Shown in pieces: positions 36,701 through 47,163 of a DNA stretch of 64,000 nucleotides; within the stretch, counting starts at the first letter, position 1, and every line of letters begins with the position of its first letter. Below the pieces are notes generated by a model. The model saw only the letters and a program-made list of their open reading frames with translations, made no database searches and was not told the origin of the DNA. The translations under genes and the position numbers were made by a program. The DNA comes from Promethearchaeati archaeon SRVP18_Atabeyarchaeia-1 (GTDB lineage Archaea > Asgardarchaeota > Atabeyarchaeia > Atabeyarchaeales > Atabeyarchaeaceae): the NCBI GenBank assembly GCA_037308085.1, contig CP147779.1:486184-550183 (forward strand). Direction: 5' to 3'.

Positions 36701-38701
36701 GTGACGATGGCTGATGAAAACCATAATTTCTTTGCAAACGGATTCCTAACTGGGAACTGCGGCTTGGTCAAAAACCTTGCTTTAATGGCTTACATCTCTG
36801 TCGGTATTGATGATAGTCAGGTCGCGGCTAAGTTATTCGATCTTGGGGTCGCATCGATCGAGGCTACTAGGAAGGAGGGCGCGAAGAAAGGCGCTAAGAT
36901 CTTTCTTAATGGCCGTCTGGTCGGCTATCACAAGGATCCAGTCAGGTTCAGGACGCAGCTGGTTGCCCTCCGGCGCAGAGGCGAGATCAGCAACGAGGTG
37001 AATGCTGCATACTACGCTGATGCGGAAGAGGTTCAGATCAACTGTGACGCGGGCAGGGTTCGACGTCCCCTCTTCATTGTGGAGAATGGCCGGCCGAAGC
37101 TCACTCTTGAACACATAGAGAAACTGCGTAACCGCGAGTGGAGATTCGGCGATCTCGTGAGAAGTGCGATCATCGAGTATCTCGATGCCGAGGAGGAGGA
37201 GAATGCTTACGTCGCGATTGGACCGGAGTCGTTGACATCTGAGCATAACTACATGGAGCTTGCCGCTTCATCTGTCCTAGGTATTTGCGCCTCAGTTATC
37301 CCGTATCCTCAACATAATCAGTCACCTAGGAATACTTACGAGGCGGGAATGGCTAAGCAGGCGCTGGGGCTTTTCAGTGCAAACTACAGGCTTAGGGTTG
37401 ATACTCGCTCTCATGTACTCCACTACCTCCAGATGTCTTTGGTCAAGACGAAGGCTATGGACGCGATCAAGTACATAAAGCGCCCAGCTGGGCAGAACTT
37501 CGTCGTGGCTATACTATCCTTGTCCGGGTACAACATGGAAGATGCCCTGATAATGAATAAATCCTCTGTAGAGAGAGGGCTATCCCGTTCAACCTTCTTC
37601 CGTTGCTATGAAGCTGAGGAAAGAAAATACCCTGGCGGCCAGGAAGATAGGTTTGAGATTCCAGACAAAACCGTGAGAGGATATCGCGCAGCAGAGGTTT
37701 ACCGGCATCTGGGCGAAGATGGCATAATTGAGCCAGAGACCGATGTCACAGGTGGAGACGTCCTTATCGGAAGAACAAGTCCTCCCCGCTTCCTAGAGGA
37801 ATACACCGAGTTTGAGGTGCCAAGTCCTACTAGGAGAGAGACCTCCACTAATCTCAGGTATGGTGAAGCCGGCACTGTTGACACGGTCATCCTTGGTGAG
37901 ACGGTCGAAGGAAATCGCCTGGTTAAAGTGAAAGTCCGCGACTCAAGAGTGCCTGAGCTTGGAGACAAATTCGCTTCACGCCACGGTCAGAAAGGCATTC
38001 TAGGTCTGCTTGTCCCCCACGAAGACATGCCCTTCACCGAGGACGGAATCGTACCTGACCTTGTTATCAACCCTCACGCGATACCATCAAGAATGACCAT
38101 AGGCCAACTGATAGAATCAATCGCTGGGAAGGTTGGTTCACTGTCCGGGCGGTATGTTGATGGGACAGCGTTCTCAGGCGAGAAGGTTCCAGCCCTTTAC
38201 CAAGAGCTACACAAATTGGGCTTTAAGTACAATGGCAAAGAAGTAATGTATAATGGCATAACTGGCGAGAAGTACGACGTTGACATATTCATAGGTGTAG
38301 TGTACTATCAGAAACTCCATCATATGGTTGCTGACAAACTGCACGCCCGGGCGAGGGGCCCTGTTCAAATACTGACCAGGCAGCCGACAGAAGGGCGCGC
38401 CAGAGAAGGAGGCCTCAGGTTTGGGGAGATGGAGAGAGACTGCCTGATAGGACACGGGGCAACACTTCTCTTGAAGGAGCGGTTGCTTGAGGAATCTGAT
38501 AAGTGCGTCGTCCTGATATGCGAGAATTGCGGTATGCTTGCAGCGTACGATCGAAGCCGGGACAGATACTACTGCAGAGTATGCGGAGATAAGGGCAGGA
38601 TCTCGAGGGTTGAAATGTCCTACGCATTCAAGCTACTGCTTCAGGAACTTGTAAGTCTGGGCATAGCTCCGAGGTTGCTCCTCAAAGAGCGTGCATCATA
38701 G
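33749..38701 (+). CDS. rpoB: DNA-directed RNA polymerase subunit B (unsplit), intein-containing
   Basis: Full-length Rpo2 homology (1113 aa without the intein). TTG start after a GAGGAGG SD. C-terminal Zn ribbon CENCGM...CRVCG. Confidence 0.95.
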   Translation: MSKEFLDPWVVMQAFIDEGILASQHLDSYNDFVENRLQQIVDEVGKIEPDIEGYYIKLGKIEIGMPTVKEADGSTKEIHPMEARIRNLTYSAPIYLEMTLVHKDERTGIEVEDKPSKEYIGRLPIMLKSVKCPLSKMYAEELIKIGEDPNDPGGYFIVNGSERVIVIQEDLASNRILIEEGSAGAYSHIAKVFSTSRGFRAPVTLERRREGSLRLSFPSVPGKIPLAILMRALGLVTDKQISEAVSDDPDVVRELIPTLHEADVVVDQSAALDYIGRRVAVGQTIEYRQKRAEQVLDKYLLPHIGTSSNDRLKKTYYLGQMAERLIELSLHKREADDKDHYANKRLKLAGDLLVSLFRVAFLNLCRDIKYQIERNAIRGRVPSIHTAVRADVITERLRHALATGNWVGGKAGVSQLLDRNNYLSSLSHLRRIISPLSRSQPHFEARDLHPTHWGRVCPSETPEGPNCVAPETLVTLSGGAVCRIDNLEKDEVWRSTSLMSSTWDVTDRPSVNAIHPLVARFIKNRTSEATSRLYRITTDTGRSILATPEHPFYTDQGRIDAKLLGPGMRVAVLPAATERPDWSAQVTDGEALLDEKAILASCPPYSHKETHVNFLKQLGLIPLRRTNPHYRILLRLLGFLFGDGHMSMRIRAGSSGKPKSDVSVHFIGRPEDLNDIRNDLAIIGFRTSEITTSECTSVLPDRIIHGFTHQTICYQMPFWILMRALGAPAGDKVTQAFSVPTWIHNSSNAEVREFLAALFGCEMLKPLVDKRTGKTFVAPMFKMAKELSLLDSLNRFFEDIRRLSERFGIKFPEKAVVPKEIFTRKDGMITKKLQLNFSGTDQSLALLWGKIGYTYSKRKECLAQRGFGYIRSRSIDAAARRKIAEHVMKRQEYLRGTPTEKAKSILNELELKGANDGIRLHDIVNWLKKRADPTRVRASALDTPTFDQWISRACRGLDGNAGLVWERIEATHEEQARSVPAVEDVTMADENHNFFANGFLTGNCGLVKNLALMAYISVGIDDSQVAAKLFDLGVASIEATRKEGAKKGAKIFLNGRLVGYHKDPVRFRTQLVALRRRGEISNEVNAAYYADAEEVQINCDAGRVRRPLFIVENGRPKLTLEHIEKLRNREWRFGDLVRSAIIEYLDAEEEENAYVAIGPESLTSEHNYMELAASSVLGICASVIPYPQHNQSPRNTYEAGMAKQALGLFSANYRLRVDTRSHVLHYLQMSLVKTKAMDAIKYIKRPAGQNFVVAILSLSGYNMEDALIMNKSSVERGLSRSTFFRCYEAEERKYPGGQEDRFEIPDKTVRGYRAAEVYRHLGEDGIIEPETDVTGGDVLIGRTSPPRFLEEYTEFEVPSPTRRETSTNLRYGEAGTVDTVILGETVEGNRLVKVKVRDSRVPELGDKFASRHGQKGILGLLVPHEDMPFTEDGIVPDLVINPHAIPSRMTIGQLIESIAGKVGSLSGRYVDGTAFSGEKVPALYQELHKLGFKYNGKEVMYNGITGEKYDVDIFIGVVYYQKLHHMVADKLHARARGPVQILTRQPTEGRAREGGLRFGEMERDCLIGHGATLLLKERLLEESDKCVVLICENCGMLAAYDRSRDRYYCRVCGDKGRISRVEMSYAFKLLLQELVSLGIAPRLLLKERAS
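35147..36757 (+). mobile_element. Intein (537 aa) with LAGLIDADG homing-endonuclease domain in rpoB
   Basis: The host sequence reads ...SETPEGPN|[10 protein letters not shown]...[12 protein letters not shown]|CGLVKNLAL... The intein starts with Cys1 and ends with Asn, followed by a +1 Cys. Block [19 protein letters not shown] motifs [11 protein letters not shown] and [11 protein letters not shown]. Confidence 0.85.
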
Positions 38702-38721
38702 AGCGGAGGTGTATCTACGCC

Positions 38722-41700
38722 TTGTCATCGCGCGTTCCAAAGATCATTGAGAAGATCAGATTTGGATTCTTGTCACCAGACGAGATCAGAAAACTCTCAG
38801 TAACTAGGATAATTACGGCCGACACATATGATGAGGATGGGTTGCCAATAGACTCAGGCCTAATGGACTCCAGACTCGGCACGGTTGAGCCTGGGAGAAG
38901 ATGCAAGACTTGCGGTAACCGCGTGGGAGACTGCCCAGGGCACTTCGGTCACATCGAGCTAGCGAGGCCAGTAATACATGTTGGATTCAACAAGTTGATC
39001 TACAAAGCATTGAGGGTGACCTGTAGGAAGTGCAGCAGGGTTCTGCTCAAAGACGAGGAGCTGGAGAAGTTCAAGAAGGAAATGGAGTCATGGGAGAAAA
39101 CCTGGAACACGCTAAGCGAAGATATTACCGATGAGGTTGTGAAGCGCGCTATCCGTGTGGCTGAGTGTCCCCATTGTCAAGAGGCCCAACGCAAGATAGG
39201 CTTCGAGAAGCCCACCTCCTATACTGAGGAGACTGAAGCGGGACCAGTGAGGCTCACCCCGAGCGACATTAGAGACAGGCTGGAGCGAATTCCAGATGAA
39301 GACGAAAAGCTGTTGGGCATCAATCCGAAGCATGCCAGACTTGAATGGACGGTTCTGACTGTCCTCCCAGTCCCTCCGATAACTGTCCGTCCATCAATCA
39401 CGCTGGAGTCCGGCGTGAGGTCCGAAGATGATTTGACGCACAAGCTGGTGGATGTTGCAAGAATAAACCAGAGGCTTAAGGAGAACATTGATGCCGGTGC
39501 CCCGCAACTCATCGTTGAAGATTTGTGGGAGCTACTGCAGTATCACGTGATAACCTATTTTGATAATGAAGTATCGGGTATACCGCCCGCGCGGCACAGG
39601 TCCGGACGGGCGCTGAGAACCTTGGCTCAGCGCCTCAAAGGCAAAGAAGGTCGATTTAGGAGCAACCTCTCGGGGAAGCGCGTTGACTTCTCAGCCAGAA
39701 CAGTCATCTCTCCAGATCCAAACATCAGCATCAATGAAGTAGGCGTGCCTTACGATGTGGCCAAGATCCTCACCATCCCAGAAAGGATAACTAATTGGAA
39801 CATCGAAGAGGAGAAGCGCCTAGTCAGAAACGGTCCAGACAAGCACCCAGGCGCGAACTACGTGATCCGCCTAGACGGCAGAAGAGTGGATCTGAGGTTT
39901 GTAAAGGATCTCGACTCAATTGCAGATACCATCGAACCAGGATTCATAGTGGAACGCCACCTCAAAGAAGGCGACACCGTTCTATTCAACAGGCAACCAT
40001 CACTTCACAGAATGTCCATCATGGCCCATGAAGTTCGAGTCATGCCGTTCAAGACTTTTAGGCTGAACCTCTGCGTCTGCCTATCTGGAGACACCGAACT
40101 GTACACCGATCTCGGCAGAGTTCCTATTGCTGGGCTTGCCAGAGACAACCTTGACTGCGCGCCGCTTTCCTGCGACTGGCAGAAGAACAAGGAAGCGTAC
40201 TTCTCTGGAATAGCCAGTCTTCACGTCGTTGATCCCAAGAGGCTAGGCCTGAAGTCGTACCAGATCACAACCGAGAACGGGCGAGTCATAAGAGCCACAG
40301 CGGAACATCCATTCTACACTATGCGCGGAATTGTCAAGGCGGGAGAATTGAAATGCGAAGACTCGGTAGTAGTCTATCCAATTGAAATCCCGCTTGCAGG
40401 TGGATGCCCTGACATTCTCACTCAAGAACAAATCATAAATGCCTTACCCGACCACACTTACACGCGCTATACAGTGACTCAACTCAATGCCATGGGTCTC
40501 ACCGATGTATCAGCCGACTCAGGCAAACAAATCCGGCTTGCCAGCCTTGTTGGGCATCTGTTTGGAGATGGCACTCTCCTTATTGGAGAAGAAGGTGGCC
40601 GCGTTGTTTTCCGCGCCGCAGATATGAAGGACATTCGCAGTCTCTGGGAGACTGCCCAAAGCCTCAATCTTAGCCCGACGGCCATCGAAGAATCCAAGCC
40701 AGGGGAGTTCAATATTACTCGTGCTGATGGCAAGATACTAAAACCGCGAGGCAAGACGTACATCTTCGAAGTTAGGCGGAAACCCGTTGCGGTAGCTTTC
40801 AAGGCATTGGGCGTGCCTGAGGGCGATAAGGTAGCTCAGGAGTACAGGGTTCCGAAATGGCTGAACGATGCTCCAAAAATGGCTAGACGCGCTTTCCTTA
40901 GGGCATATTTCGGGTGCGAACTCTCTACACCCCGCCTTCACACTAGCTCAGGTTCCAAGTTTAACCAGCCTGTTTTCAAGATTACTAAGGTCGAGGGTTT
41001 GTCTGTTGAGCTCTTCTTGCAGGATATTCAAGCATTACTAGACGATTTTGGCGTTCATTTATCTTCAATTACATCGGAAGACGGCAACCTAAGGAAAGAG
41101 GGTAGGAAATCCATTACCTATGTCTGTAACTTCGCCGACAACGATGACAACCTCTTAGCTCTTTTCAAAAGAATTGGCTATGAGTTTGATCACAAGAAAG
41201 AGGAACTTGCTCGGCTTGCAAGTGAATACATAACAGCCAAGAATAGAGCCAAAGCTAAGGCATCTGCGCACCTCGAAACGGCGCTTGCCCTCAGAAAGCA
41301 AGGACTTACCTATGAAGCCATTGCCAAAGCGATTGGTCATTATTCATGGGCCACTGTTGCCTCTTGGCTGTGGAACGACCGTACAGCTGCAGGATTGCCA
41401 GCCAATTTCCCTGATTTCTACACTTGGAGAAAGTCTGCGGCAAAAGGGCTGAAACAGGGTTTCGCGTGGGACAGGATAACCAACATTGAGGAAATCGAAC
41501 TACAACGCGCGTATGATATCACGACTACCGATAGTAACCACAACTTTGTTGCCGCAGAGTTCCTCACGAAAAATTGCCCGCCGTATAACGCTGATTTTGA
41601 TGGGGACGAGATGAATTTGCATGTTCCTCAGAGTGAGGAGGCGCGTGCTGAGGCGAAGATTCTGATGCGTGTGCAGGAGCAGATTCTCTCACCTAGGTAT

Positions 41701-42876
41701 GGTGGACCAATTATCGGTGGGATACAGGACTACATATCGGCTGCGTATTTGCTTACCAAGAGAGGGACCTATCTGACGCGGAAAGAGGTCAGCTCTCTCG
41801 CTCTGGCGGGAGGAATAAAGGAAGAACTCCCTGATCCTGAGACGAAGGACCCGGCTAGGTGGAGCGGCAAACAGATAATTAGCACGCTCCTTCCTAAGGA
41901 CATGAACTACACGTGGAAGGCTAAGATATGCCACAAGTGCGATGAATGCAAGAAGGAAGATTGTGATTATGACGCGTACTGCGTCGTCAAGGATGGGAAG
42001 TTGGTGTCCGGCGTATTCGACAAGAACGCGTTCGGTGCAGGGGTTCCTGAAAGTATCTTTCACTCAATAGTGAAAAACTATGGTAGCGACGCAGCCAGGG
42101 TTTTTCTCGACTCCATCACGAGGCTCCTTCTTTCTTTCATAACACTCAAGGGCTTCACAATGGGCATAGACGATGTCGAACTTAAAGAGGAAGCTGTGAA
42201 CAGGATTAGAGAGATCTTGGACGAGGGGCAACGCAAAGTCGATCAGCTGATCGGGATCTACAAGAGAAGCGAGATGGAAACCCTCCCAGGTCGCACTCTT
42301 GAAGAAACCCTCGAGATGAGAATAATGCAGGAACTCTCAGAAGCGAGAGACGGAGCAGGCGACATAGCCGACCAGTACCTTGGTATGAAAAATCACGCCG
42401 TAATCATGGCCAGAAGTGGAGCCAGAGGAGATAGGCTCAACCTAGCCCAGATGGCAGCCTGCGTCGGGCAACAATCAGTTCGAGGAGCGCGCATAATGAG
42501 GGGGTACCAGGACCGAAGCCTTTCGCACTTCAAATCAGGCGATCTCGGCTCCGAAGCTAGGGGGTTTGTCTCAAACTCCTATCGCTCCGGACTTACACCT
42601 ATTGAGTTCTTTTTCCATGCGATGGGAGGAAGGGAAGGACTCGTCGATACGGCAGTTCGCACTTCAACGAGTGGCTACATGCAGCGTCGTCTGATCAACG
42701 CTCTACAGGACATCAAGGTGGAGTACGACGGCACAGTTAGAACTTCGGTGGGCCGGATAGTCCAGTTTCAGTATGGCGAGGATGGAGTTGACCCGTCCAA
42801 GAGTTATCATGGACACGCGGTGGACATAGACGCGATACTGAAAAGAAATCTTGGCGAGAAATTCAAGAAGCGGTGA
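38722..42876 (+). CDS. rpoA1: DNA-directed RNA polymerase subunit A' (Rpo1N), intein-containing
   Basis: Rpo1 N-terminal homology (885 aa without the intein), including the zinc motifs and NADFDGDEMN. TTG start after a GGAGGTG SD. Confidence 0.95.
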   Translation: MSSRVPKIIEKIRFGFLSPDEIRKLSVTRIITADTYDEDGLPIDSGLMDSRLGTVEPGRRCKTCGNRVGDCPGHFGHIELARPVIHVGFNKLIYKALRVTCRKCSRVLLKDEELEKFKKEMESWEKTWNTLSEDITDEVVKRAIRVAECPHCQEAQRKIGFEKPTSYTEETEAGPVRLTPSDIRDRLERIPDEDEKLLGINPKHARLEWTVLTVLPVPPITVRPSITLESGVRSEDDLTHKLVDVARINQRLKENIDAGAPQLIVEDLWELLQYHVITYFDNEVSGIPPARHRSGRALRTLAQRLKGKEGRFRSNLSGKRVDFSARTVISPDPNISINEVGVPYDVAKILTIPERITNWNIEEEKRLVRNGPDKHPGANYVIRLDGRRVDLRFVKDLDSIADTIEPGFIVERHLKEGDTVLFNRQPSLHRMSIMAHEVRVMPFKTFRLNLCVCLSGDTELYTDLGRVPIAGLARDNLDCAPLSCDWQKNKEAYFSGIASLHVVDPKRLGLKSYQITTENGRVIRATAEHPFYTMRGIVKAGELKCEDSVVVYPIEIPLAGGCPDILTQEQIINALPDHTYTRYTVTQLNAMGLTDVSADSGKQIRLASLVGHLFGDGTLLIGEEGGRVVFRAADMKDIRSLWETAQSLNLSPTAIEESKPGEFNITRADGKILKPRGKTYIFEVRRKPVAVAFKALGVPEGDKVAQEYRVPKWLNDAPKMARRAFLRAYFGCELSTPRLHTSSGSKFNQPVFKITKVEGLSVELFLQDIQALLDDFGVHLSSITSEDGNLRKEGRKSITYVCNFADNDDNLLALFKRIGYEFDHKKEELARLASEYITAKNRAKAKASAHLETALALRKQGLTYEAIAKAIGHYSWATVASWLWNDRTAAGLPANFPDFYTWRKSAAKGLKQGFAWDRITNIEEIELQRAYDITTTDSNHNFVAAEFLTKNCPPYNADFDGDEMNLHVPQSEEARAEAKILMRVQEQILSPRYGGPIIGGIQDYISAAYLLTKRGTYLTRKEVSSLALAGGIKEELPDPETKDPARWSGKQIISTLLPKDMNYTWKAKICHKCDECKKEDCDYDAYCVVKDGKLVSGVFDKNAFGAGVPESIFHSIVKNYGSDAARVFLDSITRLLLSFITLKGFTMGIDDVELKEEAVNRIREILDEGQRKVDQLIGIYKRSEMETLPGRTLEETLEMRIMQELSEARDGAGDIADQYLGMKNHAVIMARSGARGDRLNLAQMAACVGQQSVRGARIMRGYQDRSLSHFKSGDLGSEARGFVSNSYRSGLTPIEFFFHAMGGREGLVDTAVRTSTSGYMQRRLINALQDIKVEYDGTVRTSVGRIVQFQYGEDGVDPSKSYHGHAVDIDAILKRNLGEKFKKR
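40078..41574 (+). mobile_element. Intein (499 aa) with LAGLIDADG homing-endonuclease domain in rpoA1, four residues upstream of the NADFDGD catalytic loop
   Basis: ...FRLNLCV|CLSGDTELYT...HNFVAAEFLTKN|CPPYNADFDGDEMN... Block B ATAEHPFYT. LAGLIDADG motifs LVGHLFGDGTL and RAFLRAYFGCE. Confidence 0.85.
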
Positions 42877-44073
<1,197 letters not shown>

Positions 44074-44136
44074 CTGACCCATCCCAGCGCCGATCTCAAC
44101 AGATAATTCATCCTATGAGAATGGAAGTGTGATGAA

Positions 44137-44496
44137 ATGCCGCGAAGTAGTAGAGAAGAGAGTACTGAGAGCCTAGATAAACAGGACATATCGAAATCCA
44201 TACGGATTGCAGTCAAGACGGGGGTAGTCGTTATCGGATTTGAGAGCACACTCAAGGCGATCAAGAAAGGAAAAGCCAGGCTTGTCATAGTGGCGAGGAA
44301 TCCCGACGAAGATCTCAGAAAGCAGATCGAGTACTACAGTGGGCTGTCTCAGATACCAGTGTACGAATTCAAATCTTCATCATGGGATCTTGGGTCGACT
44401 TGTGGCAAGCCCTTCATGATTTCGGCTATGGCCATCCAGGAACCCGGGGATTCCAACATTATTCAAATAGCAGCTGGAGGACGCAGGAATGAATAG
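44137..44496 (+). CDS. rpl30e: 50S ribosomal protein L30e
   Basis: IRIAVKTGVVVIGFESTLKAIKKGKARLVIVARN...IEYYSGLSQIPVYEF..SS.DLG..CGKPF. Sits in the conserved position after rpoA2. Confidence 0.85.
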   Translation: MPRSSREESTESLDKQDISKSIRIAVKTGVVVIGFESTLKAIKKGKARLVIVARNPDEDLRKQIEYYSGLSQIPVYEFKSSSWDLGSTCGKPFMISAMAIQEPGDSNIIQIAAGGRRNE

Positions 44497-44926
44497 TGGA
44501 GTTAAACTAACGACAGACGAGATTCAGTACATAAGGCTGTTCGAGGGAGTCACAGGAGCGGTCGCCAAGGATGTTGTAGTCGATGAGAAGAGCAACAGAG
44601 TGATATTTGTAATAAAGGCTGGCGACATCGGGTTGGCCATAGGAAGGAAAGGCTCTAATGTGAAGCGGGTCGAAGATCAATTGCGCAAGGAAGTTGAGAT
44701 CGTCGAATATTCAGAATCAGCAGAGGATTTTGTGAAGAACACTCTCGCTCCGGCGCACATAAAATCAGTAAAGGTAACCGAGAGGAAGGAAGGGCATAGA
44801 GCTGCGATAGTCACGGTGGAACCGAAGGATCGTGGATTAGCAATAGGGAAGAATGGTAAGAATGTCGCACGAGCGAGGCTTCTCGTTAACAGGCACTTTG
44901 GCATAAACGATGTTGTAATAACCTAA
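44489..44926 (+). CDS. nusA: Archaeal NusA-like transcription termination/antitermination factor (two KH domains)
   Basis: IQYIRLFEGVTGAVAKDVVVD...IGLAIGRKGSNVKRVE...GLAIGKNGKNVARARLL. Confidence 0.85.
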   Translation: MNSGVKLTTDEIQYIRLFEGVTGAVAKDVVVDEKSNRVIFVIKAGDIGLAIGRKGSNVKRVEDQLRKEVEIVEYSESAEDFVKNTLAPAHIKSVKVTERKEGHRAAIVTVEPKDRGLAIGKNGKNVARARLLVNRHFGINDVVIT

Positions 44927-44974
44927 GCAATCCGGATTTAGGCTGAAGAAAGATAAATAAAGGATTCGCGGTTA

Positions 44975-45583
44975 ATGAATGCAACGGATATTCCTAGCTT
45001 TTGTGTGGTGACTGATTTGTCCGAAATAAAGCTCTTTGGTCGCTGGAGCTACAAAGACATAAAAGTCAATGATGTTGGTCTCAAGAGATACATCTCGCTT
45101 CGCCCAGTATACGCGCCACATACTGAAGGTCGTCACGAACACAGGAAATTCCACAAATCAGACGTTCCTATAGTTGAACGCCTGGTGAACCGTCTCATGA
45201 AGACAGGCAAGAATACCGGGAAGAAGCATCTGGCAACCAATATTGTTAAGGCGGCATTTGAGATCATCGAGCTCAAAACTCACGAGAACCCAATCAAGAT
45301 TCTGGTTCAGGCAATAGAGAATGCGTCACCGAGAGAGGAAACAACAAGGATCAGCTACGGCGGCATTGTGTATCACCAGTCCGTTGATGTTGCGCCACAG
45401 CGCCGAATTGACATAGCAATAAGATTGATCATGGAAGGGACATGGTCTGCCTCCTTCAAGAATCCGAAGACGATAGAGGAATGCTTAGCTGACGAGATCA
45501 TAGGGGCTGCCACGAAAGCTCCGAAGTCTTATGCTATGTCGAAGAAGGACGAAAAAGAGCGTATAGCCTTCTCGGCTAGATAG
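44975..45583 (+). CDS. rps7: 30S ribosomal protein S7 (uS7)
   Basis: IKLFGRWSYKDIKVNDVGLKRYISL.P...PHTEGRH....F.K....IVERLVNRLM..G.NTGKK..A..IV..AFEII. Confidence 0.9.
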   Translation: MNATDIPSFCVVTDLSEIKLFGRWSYKDIKVNDVGLKRYISLRPVYAPHTEGRHEHRKFHKSDVPIVERLVNRLMKTGKNTGKKHLATNIVKAAFEIIELKTHENPIKILVQAIENASPREETTRISYGGIVYHQSVDVAPQRRIDIAIRLIMEGTWSASFKNPKTIEECLADEIIGAATKAPKSYAMSKKDEKERIAFSAR

Positions 45584-45620
45584 GGACTCGACTGGCTCCT
45601 CCCCCAACTTTGCTGTTTCT

Positions 45621-46283
45621 CTACCCTTTCTCCTTCTCTTTCTTGGATTTCCCTGACGGCGCACTGGTCTCGAGTTCACTTCTCAACTGGTCGAGTTCTT
45701 TTTCAACTTCCTTCCGCTCAACACTCTTGTCCGAAGAGGGAACCTTAGGGAGCTGACCACCTTCTTCCAGAGCAACCTCAGCTTCCAACTTCTCAAGCTC
45801 GCCATCGACGCTAGGTTCGCCTTCGTCCACTGCAAGCCCAGAACTCAGAATCTCAGATGTCTGCTCAACCTCGCGCATCAGTGACTCAGTCTTGGCGATC
45901 TGCTCAACTGACCTCTCGACATCGACCAGCTTCTGGGCGCGAGAAAGCTCACCAGCTGCAAGGTTAAGGGCTTGATACATTTCGACATCGTCATGAGAAC
46001 CTTCAATAGCCGTTATTGAGTCTTCTAGACTAGCTCTCATGCGGTCATACCTATTCATAAGAGTTTGACATCTCTGCCATCTGCCAAGGTAGAACTTACC
46101 CGCCGTCTTGTTCCTGTGTCTGATACTCTCCTTGGCTTTTTCATAGTACTCCATCGCCTGCCTCTCGAAACCACGGCTCCTAAAGGTCAGCTTGTTTACT
46201 GTTGATCTTATCTGTGCGACGCTCTCATCCTTGCTCTTCTTCTTACCGAAGATCCTCCCGATAATGTCGCTCAAATCAACCAC
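45621..46283 (-). CDS. ESCRT-III/Snf7 (CdvB-like) family protein
   Basis: 220-aa helical protein. It has a basic N-terminal helical hairpin (..AMEYYEKAKESIRHRNKTAGKFYLGRWQRCQTLMNRYDRMRASLEDSI), a middle region (..EMYQALNLAAGELSRAQKLVDVERSVEQI..) and an acidic C-terminal tail, as in Snf7/Vps proteins. Confidence 0.55.
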   Translation of the reverse strand: MVDLSDIIGRIFGKKKSKDESVAQIRSTVNKLTFRSRGFERQAMEYYEKAKESIRHRNKTAGKFYLGRWQRCQTLMNRYDRMRASLEDSITAIEGSHDDVEMYQALNLAAGELSRAQKLVDVERSVEQIAKTESLMREVEQTSEILSSGLAVDEGEPSVDGELEKLEAEVALEEGGQLPKVPSSDKSVERKEVEKELDQLRSELETSAPSGKSKKEKEKG

Positions 46284-46322
46284 TCAACTATCTAACTGGA
46301 CAGACTAGACGGAATACTGCCT

Positions 46323-46931
46323 CTAGACTTTCGATTCCTTGAGTTTCTTAATCTGCTTCTCAAGCTCTGACTCTTTTCCACTGGGTACGGGAAGAGAGGT
46401 TGTTGCTTCAACTTCAGCATCTATTTGTCCCATGGCCTGATTCACGTCTTCCGGGGTCACGACAGTTGAACCAACGGCTCTGTCGACGCTACTCTCAGTG
46501 ACTTCCTGTGCGAGCTCGACATGTTGAAATTCCTTGTCAATATCATCAACCATGGTCGCAATATCGGGGATATTCACGGACACCCTCAAGTCCTTGAGGG
46601 TCGTTCTCATGCTTCCAAGAATATCGGCTATGTCATGAGCCATCTGACTCTGGCGAAGCCTGAACAACATACCTTCTATCCTAAGGCGGTACATATCGAT
46701 TCCTAAAGCCCATTTCTGGTAACGAACGTACTGCTCGGCATACATTCTAGCGGCAGAATCATTGCCTTCCTTCCTGTACTGCAGGGCTTTTTCTCTATTG
46801 CGCCTGTATTCAGCTTCGAGTTGCCGACGCTGGAAATCCATTTTCTTGCAGAACACGTCTATATTGACTATTAGGCGACGATAGTCTGATCCCTTGATCC
46901 ACTGGGTAAAACGCTTAAGCACAGATGGCAA
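46323..46931 (-). CDS. ESCRT-III/Snf7 (CdvB-like) family protein, second paralog
   Basis: 202 aa with the same architecture (..RNREKALQYRKEGNDSAARMYAEQYVRYQKWALGIDMYRLRIEGMLFRLRQSQ..ILGSMRTTLKDL...MVDDIDKEFQ..) and an acidic C-terminus. Confidence 0.55.
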   Translation of the reverse strand: MPSVLKRFTQWIKGSDYRRLIVNIDVFCKKMDFQRRQLEAEYRRNREKALQYRKEGNDSAARMYAEQYVRYQKWALGIDMYRLRIEGMLFRLRQSQMAHDIADILGSMRTTLKDLRVSVNIPDIATMVDDIDKEFQHVELAQEVTESSVDRAVGSTVVTPEDVNQAMGQIDAEVEATTSLPVPSGKESELEKQIKKLKESKV

Positions 46932-47163
46932 AGAATCCCACCACCCATATCAGACGGAATCCTCGAAAATAAACCTTTTTCCGACGGTAATGTTCGTCCA
47001 TCAAAGAACTAATTGAGCAATTTGCAATATAAGGTCTTGCGAACAAACAAACTTCATTAGAGACCCAATCACTCTTAGTCGCAATGACGCGAAAAAGACT
47101 TCAGAACAGAAGCTGGTACAACATCTCGGGCGGAAATGAAACAGGCAGAGTGAGTAAGCCGAA

